From: Octopus sinensis
Lineage: Eukaryota
NCBI RefSeq assembly: GCF_006345805.1
Contig: NC_043000.1
Location: 145,700,001 to 145,764,000 of the forward strand
Length of the DNA stretch: 64,000 nucleotides
Direction of reading: 5' to 3'
Part shown: one piece after another, positions 12,768-29,603 of the stretch
Numbering within the stretch: the first letter of the stretch is position 1
Layout: each line of letters begins with the position of its first letter
The notes under the pieces: model-generated
The model's input: only the letters and a program-made list of their open reading frames with translations
Databases searched by the model: none
What the model was told of the DNA's origin: nothing
Made by a program: the position numbers and the translations under genes

Positions 12768-15210
12768 ATTTATAGCTTACCAGAGATGCCACAGTACAAG
12801 AACATGACCGAATCCGCTTTCTATATAACTTTTGTTTAGATGAAAGTATGTGATAGTATGGAAACTAAGCAGTGCCAAAATTAAGAATTTACAAGATTGT
12901 AGTCAAAAGATTTTAATGTTTTCTCAATAGTGATTTTATCAACCCTTCAAATAAACCTTCCACACTAGCGCTTTTTCCAAACGAGAAAGAGGAAACTTAC
13001 ACTGCATTCTCTACAATAAGCAATGCTATTTTTCGTAAAAGAAAGTCATCCCGCACTACTCAATATGTAAACAACCAACGGTTTTCTGCCCCAAACAAAC
13101 CAACTGGTAAAGGTCGATGAATATCAAGCCAGGATATTTTGACTCCAGAAACAGCGTGGATGTGATATTGTTACAAAATAACATGAAAGGAATATCCACG
13201 TTAATATAACAACAATGGAGAATGTAGTGTGGTATATCATATGAAATCATTTGCTACGTATTCGGATGTCGAACTTTAACTGCAATAAATTATACTGAGG
13301 CACACGAATGAATTTTACCTTGTTATGTCTGCCAATCATTTACACCCTCTTCTACGAAATAACCTCAAGAGCTCATGAAAAGCCACATTTCTTAAAACGT
13401 GATATTGGTATGCAACAAAGAGAATGCTATGTAACACTGACTTACAAACAGACCACATGGTATCATTTAATAAACCCCAACACTATAAAATATTCGACAT
13501 TATTACACTAATAATCGGCATATAGAAGTAGTTGTTCAATTGCATAACGTTTTGCAATTAAGAAATATTTCTCTCAATGCCTATTTAGTAGCTGCATGTG
13601 TAATGTTCACTAAACATTCTATAATGTAATGGACAAAATGTGAAAATGAATCGATGTATCCATGTCCCCAAAAATAGTCATATTAGAATCTTTAAATAGA
13701 ATTGTCGTGTTTTCATTTGACGCTATTCAACCTCAAGTAATTTACCCGGATTTTCGAAGATATGACTATTTGTTTTGTTGATTATTTGTGAAAATGTGTA
13801 TGCAGGATAATAATCGAAATAATGTTGTTGTAATGATGTTAGTAATAGAAGGAAATATATATGGACTTGCCAGTTATAGCCGTCGATTTTATTATTTTAT
13901 ATTGAAGACGTTTTGACATATGACTTACACTGAATGCATTGTTGATGCATATATATATATATAAATAAATATATATAGACGCACGCATACACACACACGC
14001 GTATATATCTGTATATATATATATGTATGTATGTATGTATGTATGATTCAATGTATGTATGTAGGGAGGTGAGTGGGAAAGTGAAAGTAGGAGACAAAAT
14101 TGTAAAGGAATAAGCTAGATTGTTTACAAAATATGTTAGAAAAAATATAAAAATAATATACATCAAATGTGGGTTGTGCACTTCAGCAGATGTTCGTAGC
14201 TACATTCATGCAGATTCGCAAACATTTCACAAGCACATGCGCATAAATAAGTAAATGTATGTGATTGTTAATGCGTTTCTCCGTTATACCTTCGCCGGTA
14301 TGCGAGTAAGTGCTTGTGTTTGTATAGGTTTATTCGTTAGAGGAAGAGAAATAAGGAAACAGATAGGCAGATAGATTGATATGATTGTATCTGAAATTGG
14401 TAGCAATTCCCCTGATAAATAGCATGTTAATCTTTAAATGGAATAGTAGTGAGAATCAGAACTAAAATAAATATATAAGAAAACTAGTAGTAAAACGTTC
14501 TTGTGTATGAAGCTGAAAAATAAATAAAAAATTAAAGTTTTACATGAAAAGAAGAGAAGACACATCAGCTTAAAAAGTGTATGTAAAGATCCATTAGTAT
14601 TAGCCATTTATATGACGATTATATGTGTATTTACATATATATATAGTATAGACATATATATATATGTATGTATCTATATATGTACATTATTATATACATA
14701 TATACATATATATATATATATAAGCACACACAGATACACACACATACACACGAACACACACATGCACATACACAAACACACACACATACACACGCACACA
14801 CACATATATATATATACACATATATTCTTATAAAATAATACAAAAAAGCATTTGATACAAAACAAGCACACCAATGCACATACATCCACAACTATGTGTA
14901 TCTACATATATGGGTGCTTGTATGTACGTTTGTGTATAAATGCGTGTGTATGCGTGCGCATGTGTATATCTGTGTATGTATCAAATTAGAAAATATATTT
15001 CAAGTTTACGTACTTTTTTGATGGGTAAACATGTCTCTACATGACTATACATTTGCAAATCTATGAACGTTTTAAATCTCTATCATCTCCTCTCTCTCTC
15101 TCTCTCCTTCTCCTGCCCTGTCACTCTCCATCTGTGACTCTTTCTTTTTCCCTCCCTTCCTCTCCTTCTCTCGTTCTTCTTTCTGTCCCTCTTTCTCACT
15201 CTCTCTCTCT

Positions 15211-15285
<75 letters not shown>

Positions 15286-16293
15286 TTTATGTATGTATAT
15301 ATATATTTATATATTTATATATATACACACACACATGTACACTCGTGTATATGTGGTTATACATGAACACACGTACAAAAGCATGTCTATAATTCAATCG
15401 AAGCTACTTTCGGAAATCAATTTACGTTAACTTTTTGCATGATATTTTTTTGCTGATTTGCCATATCCATTTCTATTATTATGACTGTATTTATATAATA
15501 CACTTTTCCCGTTTTGACATAATATATTTCTTGCTATATATTCATAATATTTTATTCTTGTATATATATGTGTGTGCAAGTGTGTCTAAAAAGCATGGAC
15601 CTCTGTCAGTGACGACGAGTCAAACTTACGCAGTCGATCAAATAATCTCTTTCAATTAGCGCGTAAGAGATTGAGCTTTTAGACATGTGCACTCTCTCAC
15701 TTATTTCTCTGATGAAATCGATCTGGCATCCAGTGAAATGTATAAACATATTTATTATAGAGTGATTCCCCCGGTATTCAAACTCTCCGTCTACCCATTT
15801 TCATTGGTAATCGTGTGTAAATCCATCACTGGAAATATTTTACGAATAACCGTAATGCCAATGCCAATTACATTTAACGTATTAATCTCATCGGAAGAAA
15901 TATCAGTTTTGCCAACGATAATTCATAAATTATATTGCAGAGGTAAAATAGTACAATGAAAAGAGTATGAAGCATTTTGTGATGAAAAGATTTGTTAGAT
16001 TATTAATAAAGATACCGCCAGGTATACAATGTAGGTGAGTTGTAACACATGAATTAATCTTGTTTTGTCATCCCAAATTGGTGTTTTTATTGGTTTTAAT
16101 TTATAGCCAAGATTTGATTTTCTTTTTCAAACTGCTTTTGGGATCAGGATTCTAACATAGATTGCATAAGGTCATATCTAAGGCTGTGTAACTCCAGCTC
16201 AGAATATTCGTTATAACCTTAATTGCAATTCCATTCAACTAATGGCAAATAAAATGATTATACACATCGCTGAGCAACACTACCAACCATCTG

Positions 16294-16484
<191 letters not shown>

Positions 16485-17929
16485 CACACGCATATGCAGC
16501 CCGTGATTAACACACACCGAAGAAACCCGTATCACGTATGGCTAAAGATGGTAGCGATGACCTCCCTCACTATTATCAATATTAATCGGACACAAAATGT
16601 GCCGTTAACCAGCTGGAAGAGATTTCATGGGGCTAAAAACAACAGTAACCCATCCTATGTATGTATATATGTATATGTATTCTGTTGCTTTGAAGTTTGA
16701 AACTATTGAGATAATTAATGTCAAATATTCAAGGACAAAGTAACTACCGAGTAGATCCTAAAAACTATTATTATGAAGATTAGATTTTATGATCGCTGGT
16801 GTTGACTCTTCTTTGTGAGTTGATTATAAAATCTGAAATCGTTTCTCTGCTCTTAAAAAAATGACAATCTACTCTTTTTCTTCCGGGTGGTCTGAAATAT
16901 TTCCCACCACGGGACCTGTCCCAACGAATTCGAAGTGACTCCCACATGTTAAAAAATCACTCAAGCATGCACACACAAACACACACACACGTGTTCACGC
17001 ACACACACACACACACACACATACACACACATGCACGCACACACATACACACACACACCACACACACACACATTGTGGCATGTAAATGTGTAAAGATTCA
17101 TCGGTTGAAGATAATATACAAATATGTAAAATGCGCGCGTGATCAGTCAGCCAATTTTGGTAATGAAGTCTAGATATGTTATGTCTGAAAAGATTTATAA
17201 TCGATTTCTTTTGGTTGAGACAAATCATATAATCCGAAGTAACGCAAAATAGATTGCAGCTGAATGTAATATTATTTTCGGGGAGGGGCAAACCAGCTTA
17301 GATTATAACCATCACGAAGAACGCTTAACCAACATGGCATATGAAATCGAATTTTGACGAAGATACTTCATATAGTCTAGCCTTTTTTAGACGGCTAGCA
17401 ATTTCATTGGAGGAAAATATTCTAATTATGAAAATTATATAATATTTCGAAGATGTATATTCTGTTGCTTTGAAGTTTAAAACTGTTGAGATAAGCAACA
17501 GCAAGAACTAAAGGAAGAAGAACCACCGACAATTTTCAATGTTATTACAAAATATTCAGAATTTTCTTTAGCGCATGTCCAGACGGACTGAAACTGGAAA
17601 ATAGAATATTCTTTGTATTTTGAGTAGTAGAAACGATCTTTCAGATACGTTGGTTATGTTACATAAAATTTCTTCCACTTCCATGCATGAATGATGCGGA
17701 TTGTCGAAATTCAACTCCAATGCAAAATAGAATTCCCTAATTATAGAGGTGTTCATATTTCGATACTTTCAAATTAGCCGTTATTGCGGGTTATGTTAAG
17801 GTACGTTCTCGATTGCAGTGTCATAATAGAAAGGAAGCTGCTCATACGAGAATAGCTGACCTTAACGATGATGATGATCATGATAATTATAATAATTATC
17901 ATTTCTACTAATGACACAGAGATCTTGTG

Positions 17930-18110
17930 GGAGAAGACTAGTCGGTTACATCGACACTGTATTCTCTGGTACTCAATTTATCGACCACGAAAGGATGAAA
18001 GGCAAAGTCGACATCGGCAGAATTTGAGAGCAGAGCATCAAGATAGACGGTATGCCGCTAAGCATTTTACCCTGAGTGCTAACAATTCTCCCAGCTCGAT
18101 GCCAGGAAAT
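17930..18110 (-). mobile_element. SINE family A, degenerate partial copy
   Basis: ctggtactcaatttatcgaccacgaaaggatgaaaggcaaagtcgac is the reverse complement of the family A core. Confidence 0.7.
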
Positions 18111-18129
18111 GAAAGAGCAACTGAGGATG

Positions 18130-18900
18130 GAGTATTTTCCGAAGACTCAGGTTGATGCTGCGCTCAAAATTGACGGGATGGAATGAAATCCAAGCAGTTA
18201 ATGCGTGGGCGATAGCATCACTTCGGTATGGAGCGGGAATTATAAAATGGCAACAGAGAGAAATGAAGAAAATGGATACCTATTTCTTTACTACCCACAA
18301 GGGGCTAAACACAGAAGGGTCAAACAAGGACATACAAACGGATTAAGGCGATTATATCGACCCAAGTGTGTAACTGGTACATATTTAATCGAGCCCGAAA
18401 GGATGAAAAGCGAAGTCGACATCGGCGGAATTTGATCTCAGAACGTAGCGGCATACGAAATAGCTATTTCTTCACTACCCACAAGGTGCTTAACACAGAG
18501 GGGACAAACAAGGAGAGACAAACGGATTAAATCGATTACATTGACCCCCAGTGCGTAACTGGTACTTAATTTATCGCTCTCGAAAGGATGAAAGGCAAAT
18601 TCGACCTCAGCAGAATTTGAACTCAGAACGTAACGTCAGGGGAAATACGGCTACACATTTCACCCGGGGTGCTAACGTTTCTGCCAGCTCGCCGCTTTAA
18701 GAAAATGGATACCGAGACAAGAAAAATGTTAACAGTACGCAGAGCCTTCCACCCTAAGAGTGACACTGATAGGCTTTACCTGTACGGAAGAAAGGGTAAG
18801 AGACGTCTGATCACTTGCCAGGACTATATCTAAGCAGAGGTAAACAGCCTAAGGTAGTCTATAAAAATGCCACTGTTGGAGGATGCGATACTACCTTCAA
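18130..18900 (+). mobile_element. Decayed R4/Dong-like RT-thumb remnant split by a SINE insertion
   Basis: LRSKLTGWNEIQAVNAWAIASLRYGAGIIKW...KKMD | TETRKMLTVRRAFHPKSDTDRLY rejoins when 18281-18698 and one TSD copy are removed; homologous to the HPKSDIERLY segment at 23.7 kb. Confidence 0.7.
18281..18698 (-). mobile_element. Dimeric SINE family A insertion
   Basis: One full unit plus one 5'-truncated unit, bounded by a single perfect 15-bp TSD AAGAAAATGGATACC (18266-18280, 18699-18713). Confidence 0.9.
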
Positions 18901-19209
18901 TATTTTATGGCAATATACTCTAGGTTTAGGCTCTGTATGTATGAAAGATAACCTAGAGTTCCAGTGGACTCACATTCTGAAAAACACATTTCTCTTCAGT
19001 AACTTCTTTATTGCATCATAACAGTATGACCTTTAATACCATCACTAGAATTTCTTTTTGTATTGACAATTTAATTAGTACGATTATATTTTGCCCGTCA
19101 TTGATAGAGATAATTTGGATAAACAATGCTCTGAAATTTGTTGCAGTATACAACAGCACAGACTCAACGACCCACACACACGCATTCTCTGCACCGCATT
19201 CTTCAGATG

Positions 19210-19252
<43 letters not shown>

Positions 19253-20327
19253 GCATGTGTGTATGTATGCATGTAAGTATGTATGTATATATGTATGTAT
19301 GTACATATGTATGTATGAATGTATCTACGCATGTATGTTTGCATGTATCTTTGCATGTATGTATTTATTTATGTATGTGTATATTAGCATTTCTTTCCCA
19401 TTCAGACGAGAGAAACCAGTAAACATCTTTCTCAAAAATTGCTCTATACGTTTATGATGAATTACAGTGATGTACATGTAATGAGATAAGAGAAAGTTTG
19501 TAATTAATAATGATACTCGTCCAGTAGAAGACGTGCCTTTACATGACAGTCCTATGTTTACAAGAAAATTACATTATTGATATGGAGAACAGGAAATGCA
19601 ACAGAATATACAAGTCTTGTTCAAAATACAAGATTATCATGTCGAATTTTAAAACATCGGATAGAAAAATATATATATATACTTATTTCTTTGTTGGTGA
19701 GAGCGACGTAGTTTATGAAAATACATCCAGAAATATTCAGTTACATTCTGTGTTGAGAGTATAAGAAATTATATTATTGACATTTTCGGGTGAACTCTAT
19801 ATCAGTGAATATATACACACAGGCTGGCCAAAAATGACAATGCCCTAATAATTAGCCAAAAATAACCCCAAAACAGTCCACGTTTTGCTTCAAATCAATT
19901 TGTCTTCGAATATGATTTGATCAATTCAATTAAGTTTGAGCAACGCAAAGTAAAATATAATGTTTCATAGAAATGTAATATTGAATATACCTCCGGGTTT
20001 TCCGAACCGAACCTACGTCTCTCGATTTGTTCACGGACGCTAATTTATTTTAATCCGCTATGTATTGACCAAATACTCGAAATACGTATCAAGGAATAAC
20101 ACATTTTTTGTAACCAAGACTTCTCAGCAATAAAAACAAACCAATGTGTTTTATTAAAGAATAAAATATTGAACAGAATCAAAATTATTCTTTTATAAAG
20201 TGGTACGCAGACGCATTTATGTGTGATTGTGTGCGTTTATGTGTATACGCATATGTATCTATATATAATTTCCATATATATGCAGATATATGTTTATGCA
20301 TATATATATGAACTAACACACACACAC

Positions 20328-20358
<31 letters not shown>

Positions 20359-20359
<1 letters not shown>

Positions 20360-21605
20360 AGGGTTTGTACAAGATAATGGAAACACCTAGCATCATAAAT
20401 CAGAATTTTGAAATATTTATAAAAGCTTATTTATTTTTATGTTTTTTTTTGTTATTATTAGTGTTGCTTGATATGTTTTGCTAAAATTGCTATTTCGTTT
20501 CAGATATCATGAGAAAAAGTTAATTAAGCTTCATTAAAATGACAGATCTGTCCGACTTTCAATGAGGTCCTTTTCTTGGTGCTCGTATGGCAGGCGCTAG
20601 CATAACGAAAACAGCCGAAATGTTTGGTGTATCAACAAGTATTGTCTCGAGTGCAACGACAGCCTTTGAGAAAGAAGGAAAAGACCTCGTTGAAACAAAA
20701 CTCTGGAAGAAAACCAAAACTGTCAGACAGGGCCCGTCGGACACTTATGCTGATTGTTAGTAAGGATCATAAAAGTACAGCTCCCAAAATTATTGCAGAG
20801 CTTAATGACAACCTCGAGAACACGGGTTCCACGAAAACTGTTGGCTGGGAGCTGCACAAAGCCTGATTTCACGGGAGGGTAGCAATCAGAAAACAATTAC
20901 TGTCAAAAACAAACATTGCAAATCGTTTAGAGTGGAGTAAAAACCTACAGATTTGGTGCCTAGAGCAGTGGAAGAATGTTATTTCCTCGAACGAGTCATC
21001 CTTTACCTATTTTCGACAATCTGCCGGGTATACATGTGGAGAGAGTCAAAAGAAGCATTTGACCCAGACTGCCTTCTTCCAACTGTTAAACATGGAGAAG
21101 GCTCTGTGATTATCTGGAGGGCTATATCTTGGAAATGCACCGGCCTAAAGTTTTCACTTCATGGCAGAATTAATAATCAAGACTATTTAAGCATTTTATC
21201 TGATCAAATTCACCCTATGTCTGCGGAGCTGTTTCCGGAGGGATACGCAATCTTTCAGGATTATAATGCACCAATTCACACAGCTAAAACCGTTACTGAA
21301 TGACAGGAGAATATTCTAGTGACGTTTAACATCTTATGTGGCCACTACAGTCCCCAGATCTCGACATTATCGAACATTTATGGTGCGTTTTAGAAAAAAG
21401 AAATAATGAGTCGATATCCTCCACCATCATCACTACAATAACTGGAGACTGTTTTAGTTGAAGAATGGACAAAAATTCCTTTGGAAGCAATTCAACCTTT
21501 ATCCGAGAATTCAAGCAGTAATTACTACCAAAGGCGGTCCTAACCCATATCAAAATAAATTTGAATGAAAATTTACGGCGTTTCCATTATTTTGTCCAAG
21601 CCTTT
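20359..21605 (+). mobile_element. Tc1/mariner DNA transposon, decayed transposase (pseudogene)
   Basis: Imperfect ~29-bp TIRs (CAGGGTTTGTACAAGATAATGGAAACACC) with TA flanks; ATG at 20539; HTH-like N-terminus; DDE motifs ISSNESSF (first D lost), IFQDYNAPIHTA, SPDLDIIEHLW; stops and frameshifts. Confidence 0.9.
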
Positions 21606-21614
21606 TATACATAC

Positions 21615-21645
<31 letters not shown>

Positions 21646-21647
21646 AT

Positions 21648-21679
<32 letters not shown>

Positions 21680-21682
21680 ATA

Positions 21683-21715
<33 letters not shown>

Positions 21716-21719
21716 ATAT

Positions 21720-21759
<40 letters not shown>

Positions 21760-21780
21760 TATATATATATAGTTAATCCA

Positions 21781-21990
21781 AACAAGAAAACACAAAAAAA
21801 CACAGCAACGCGAGGACGTGGAAGAAATAAAGTATTATTGGACGCTAAGGAAAGAAGGGAAGGAGGGTTTAACGCTTCGAGCGGAGCTCTTCGTCGGAAA
21901 CAAAGGAGATGGAAAGATCCCGAGAAGGGAAGACAGAGGAAAAAAATTGCTGGCGGTGCTCACGTGTGTGTGCGTGCATACATATGTGTA
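21781..21990 (-). mobile_element. Short non-coding repeat, probably a Penelope-derived terminal segment
   Basis: Contains a hammerhead-like fold at 21867-21901 that is related to folds at 659-694 and 47540-47577. Confidence 0.45.
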
Positions 21991-22422
21991 TATTATTATC
22001 GACGCAGTGATGTATGTCAAATGAAAGAGCATTAAATAAATCAGTGAATGCAGATTTCATTTGTGTATTTTCTTTATATCTTTATGTATATTACATTTTA
22101 CGTACAACTAATTATTTATTTTAGGAGTCATTATTTTCATTGTTTGATAAACCGGATCTTTAGGTAGAACATTTTAATCATCAATTAATTTATTACTACC
22201 TGAAAGGCATCAAATAAGTGATGTTCTTAGAATAGAAGAATGAATTTTCCTTAGGTCCAGTTGTGCATTTAAAATAACCTAAAAATATTTTTTTTCTGAG
22301 CCAGCTACTAAAAGTCGATAGTTCGGAAATAATCCCTGGAAAATAAATATTGTGAGTGGCATGCGGAAGCATTTCTTCATTTTGTGCTAGGCATGTACGA
22401 AAAATTGTTGCTGTGTTTGTTG

Positions 22423-22464
22423 TTCTTCTTCTTCGTCTTCTTCTACTTCTTCTTCTTCTTCTTC

Positions 22465-22502
<38 letters not shown>
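22423..22502. repeat. (TTC)n(TTA)n microsatellite at the R4-like 3' end
   Basis: Direct reading. Confidence 0.95.
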
Positions 22503-25250
<2,748 letters not shown>

Positions 25251-26009
25251 CTACTTCATCTTGCTGTTGTTAAAGTTGTTTATTTCTCCACTGTTGTTTT
25301 TAACATTGTTTTTGTCTCTGGTATCACTTCTGTTCATGTTGCCTTTAGTATCGTCAAATTTTCATTTTTGACCTAAATTTTGGAATGCAGCGGAAATATA
25401 GCCTCCTCAAATCATAATAGGATGAGCAAAATGAACTAATCATTAGAGACTTGGTTCACTAAAGATCAGTTGAGTCGGACCATATAAAACATTCAAGAGT
25501 AGAAATCATATCATGGAAAGAGCAAGGCAGTTGCATTGAGGTCCTCTTGAAAAGTGAGGATCACGCACGAAAACATTCTATGATACACCATTGGAGTGAG
25601 GAGTGTCTCATATATTCAACGTACCTCTTAAGGAGAACTGTCAAGTTAAGGATATCGGGTGCTCGATCTGTCGCGAATATCTGGTTGATCGGTGAACTGG
25701 GTGAATAGTTAACGCTTCGAAGAAATTACTTAGGGACATTCTTCTTGCTCTTTACGTACCGAGCTCAAATGCTGCCCAATCAATTTCATCCATCGGGTTC
25801 GTAAAATAAGTGTCAGTTGAACAATCGTCCCACCTGTAAATCCTGGTGTGCTACCATAATTTGAAAACATTAACTTTTATTATTAATGATATTATAGTTA
25901 ATCTTCTTAATACGGTCATCATAATTTTTATTCTTCTTATCTGTCCCTTTTTTAATTTTAGCCATATTCTTGTTATTTAACAAGTGTTCATATAAAAATA
26001 TATAATTTA

Positions 26010-26082
26010 TATTTTGGTTACCAAATTTGTATTTTGGTTACCAAATTTGTATTTTGGCAGTAACAAATTTTGTATTTTGGCA
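26010..26082. repeat. 20-bp minisatellite (TATTTTGGTTACCAAATTTG), 2 intact plus 2 decayed units
   Basis: Direct reading. Confidence 0.8.
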
Positions 26083-26084
26083 AA

Positions 26085-26225
26085 TATTCTTTTTTACTCT
26101 AGGCACAAGGCCCCTAATTTAGGTGGAGGTGTCAGTCGATTAGATCGACTCCAGTACGTAACTGGTACTTAATTTATCAACTCCGAAAGGATGAATGGCA
26201 AAGTCAAACCCGGCAGTGAAATGGC
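26085..26225 (-). mobile_element. SINE family A-related partial copy with alternative tail
   Basis: Family A core (aactggtacttaatttatcaactccgaaaggatgaa) joined to a ctttttactctaggcacaaggcc tail. Confidence 0.6.
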
Positions 26226-28744
26226 AAAAATTAAGAAAATGGATATTAACGCGAATATGAAACGCATGACCAATGAGAGCATAATACACATTTGCAGTGT
26301 GTATTAACTCAGAGATAACTGATAGCAACAATATTACACAAATAGGCATACAATATGAGAAATACAAGTAACCAGATCTCTCTTGAATCTTCCACCCCCA
26401 GAATTATCAGCCGTATTTATGCCATACCAAAACAGCTAAAACTATTATTTACTTTTATTCATGCCTTTGATACTACAACTACACAAACAGCACAAAACAA
26501 CATTTATAATCTGCTAAGTAATTATTGTGTAATATTAGATAATTAACAGAGACTCAAATTCAGGTTAATTATATTAATATAGATAATTACAATGTACTGC
26601 TCCAGTAAAAAAAAATATAAACATGCTAACTATTCAACTGAATCAAATTGTGTTGTGCACATTATTGTTTAGTTTATTATTATATGCTTTGGTATTACGG
26701 CACATTAGAGTGGAAATGATTGTTGCATTGGTATTGCGACAAATATTTGCTGAAAGATAAACTCGACAATCGAAAAAAAATTCTATTTTACTCAACAAGC
26801 TTTGTAACATTACACACCAACATACACGCATGTATATTCTAGACAAAATCGTAGGTGCAGTCACACAAGTACATACATGTGTTTCTGTATATACTCTGCA
26901 AAGAGAACGCGTAGGAAAATCAAAGTGGTGATGAAAACCAAAACACTTTTTGGAATAATGCTACTATTGATACCCACTAAATTTAATAATAAAATAGAAA
27001 TTAAATATTAATCCGTAGAAATAAAGTTAATTGCTGCCTACGCTACAAGCGGTACTAATTCATGGTATATGGGGAAATACTGAATACATTATTTTCTAAA
27101 TTTTCCCAAAAATAAAGCAGAAAAATCGTAATAGTTATTATAATACTTACATATGTACAATCATTCAACTACATTTCAATTGTAATTATTAAAAGAACAG
27201 AAAACACATTACAAAATTATTTTATATATTTTAGAATATAGATACAACATAAATTGTCACAGATGCATTATTCCTTGAATTGAAAACACCTCGTGATAGT
27301 TTTAGTATATACAACAAACAAAATCTGTTGCCATAATATTAAGCATGATTAGCGATTAACATTTGGTAATTAGGCATTGTTCATTATATATTTCACAATA
27401 AACAAAACATCGTTGGTGAAAGTAGATCGTTAATGAATTCATTCTATGTATTTTAATAAAATTTAGTTTCAGAAGAAAAAAATCGTGAGGTTTAATCTAA
27501 TTTCTTTAATTAAAATAATTACTTGACTTTGTACATTTCTTTAATAGAACATGCCACTTAAACATGTACACACCGAAGCATAGGTGTTGGGTGAGAATGC
27601 ATGTATACATAGGTATATGTATTCGTGTGGATGAACACATTGATACCTTTTAATAAGTCATAGCTATTGTTTCTCTATTGCTTACCACATTTTCAAGTTA
27701 TAAACTATTATTACCCAGGTCTGTTTCACTTTGTTACATGTTTTCACTATTATAACATCATTAGGTGTCCTCCCTCATACCATAATTTACCTTATTCGCT
27801 TAACGTTTCCTCTGTAAACCCCGTGAAACTAAACCTCCGTCATGATTTACACCCATGTCATATCGATGTGTAACTGCAAATGCATTTTGTAATAGCAGTG
27901 GAGGAACTGTTTCCTCATAACCTGATTCTTTGGTTTCCAAATTGATAATTACGTCCGATATTTACTCTTTTGTTACGCCTTTAAATTTACATTAGCAACG
28001 CCAAATATAAATCGAAATGCTAAAAATCTCGAAAATAGTAGTACAGAAAACAGCAACAATGATAGTATTGCAGGTTATATCAAAAGCACTAATGATAATC
28101 CTAGAAGCAATAAAGGAAATATTAGGAATTGGATTGCTTGTGGCGGAATAGAAAACAGTGCGGCAAAGAATTGTAGTTGTAAGGACAGATAAGCATGTAC
28201 TCTGAGACGTTAATACTTTCGTAAATCCGTAATATACAAATGTACAGTTAGAAGGCAAGCAGATGCATATTGTAACAACATTTCATCATTTAAAATCATT
28301 AAAAAGGTGACATTGCACACCATCCGCAACCTGCTTCGCAAATGTAAGGAAGGCGAAGTTGAATGATTGTAATAGGAAACGCATAGTCGTAAACAAGGCT
28401 TTCGTGATCTTGCAATATCTCTTCAGAGAAGTCACCATGTATTTTAATATGTACAGATAAACTGATGAATATTTACTCCCAAGTAGTTATTAGATGCAAT
28501 CACTGTCTTATGTGTCTCTTTTCACAGTTTTATAAAAAAAAAGAAATAACGTTTGAAGCTTTTTTGATTCAACATAATTTAATTATTGTTTATTATCTTC
28601 TATGTATTTATCTCAGGTCTCTAAAATATATGTATATATATATATATATATAGACGGAACTGTCCGAGCGGACACCGACCAAAGTCATCACAGTTGCTCA
28701 AGGTAAAATCTAAAATGAATTCCTCGCTTTTTCAAGAACATAAA

Positions 28745-28816
28745 TTTTTTATATTGAATGCATATCACCACTATGAACTATTTTTTATATTGAATGCATA
28801 TCAGCACTATGAACTA
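28745..28816. repeat. 36-bp tandem duplication
   Basis: TTTTTTATATTGAATGCATATCA(C/G)CACTATGAACTA twice; the ATGAACT motif recurs to about 28930. Confidence 0.85.
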
Positions 28817-29079
28817 CTACATCATACTCTTTAAACATATACCATGAACTCACTTCACTATATATGAACTTTTGATGTCTGACTCTATTGCATATTATAT
28901 ATGAATTTTTTATATTTGATAGCATGAACTATCTTTTTTATATATAATTTTTTTTGATAAGGTTCATCATTTCAAGAACCGAAACATGTTAAATAAATAA
29001 TGTATATATAAAAATTAAAAATTTGTCTAATATAGCAGCATTTTCGAACTTCATTTTTTACAAATATATATATATATAT

Positions 29080-29125
<46 letters not shown>

Positions 29126-29435
29126 ATATATATATATATATATATATTTATGCATGTATAAGAAACAAAAAACAGCATTACGTGATATAAGACTTAGAAA
29201 ACTTAGGGTAGCGAGAAAGCACATCATCATACAGTGACAGGGGAGATAACCGCCCAATAAGCAAAGCTAGAGCACTACAGTAGACTAGTTTCGCCTGCAA
29301 ATTACAAGCTTGTAGGTAGTAATTACTGCATCACTGAATGATTTAGCCTAATGCGAACCATCAGTGCATATGTTTACTATATGCATTTATCACTGATTTA
29401 GCAAAATTGTAATGTGAATATTATAATACACACAC

Positions 29436-29519
<84 letters not shown>

Positions 29520-29542
29520 ATGTGTGTGTGCATATATATATA

Positions 29543-29603
<61 letters not shown>

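Noticed and set aside
12781-12864. Candidate exon next to the hAT MITE (donor gtaagc)
   Set aside because: Acceptor is poor or ambiguous, more than one frame is open, and no protein is recognisable.
13001-13010. 10-nt microexon-like cttattgtag|AGAATGCAGT|gtaagt
   Set aside because: Such motif pairs arise by chance in 64 kb; no supporting frame context.
16676-17530. About 36-75-bp direct repeats 780 bp apart as possible LTRs
   Set aside because: No TG...CA ends, PBS/PPT, TSD or internal coding; similarity is short.
28000-28200. About 65-codon stop-free N/S-rich plus-strand frame
   Set aside because: A-rich strand bias explains the lack of stops; no homology recognised.
26010-28816. Short tandem repeats (20-bp and 36-bp units) as CRISPR-like arrays
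   Set aside because: Units are contiguous with no unique spacers, there are no cas genes, and the context is eukaryotic.
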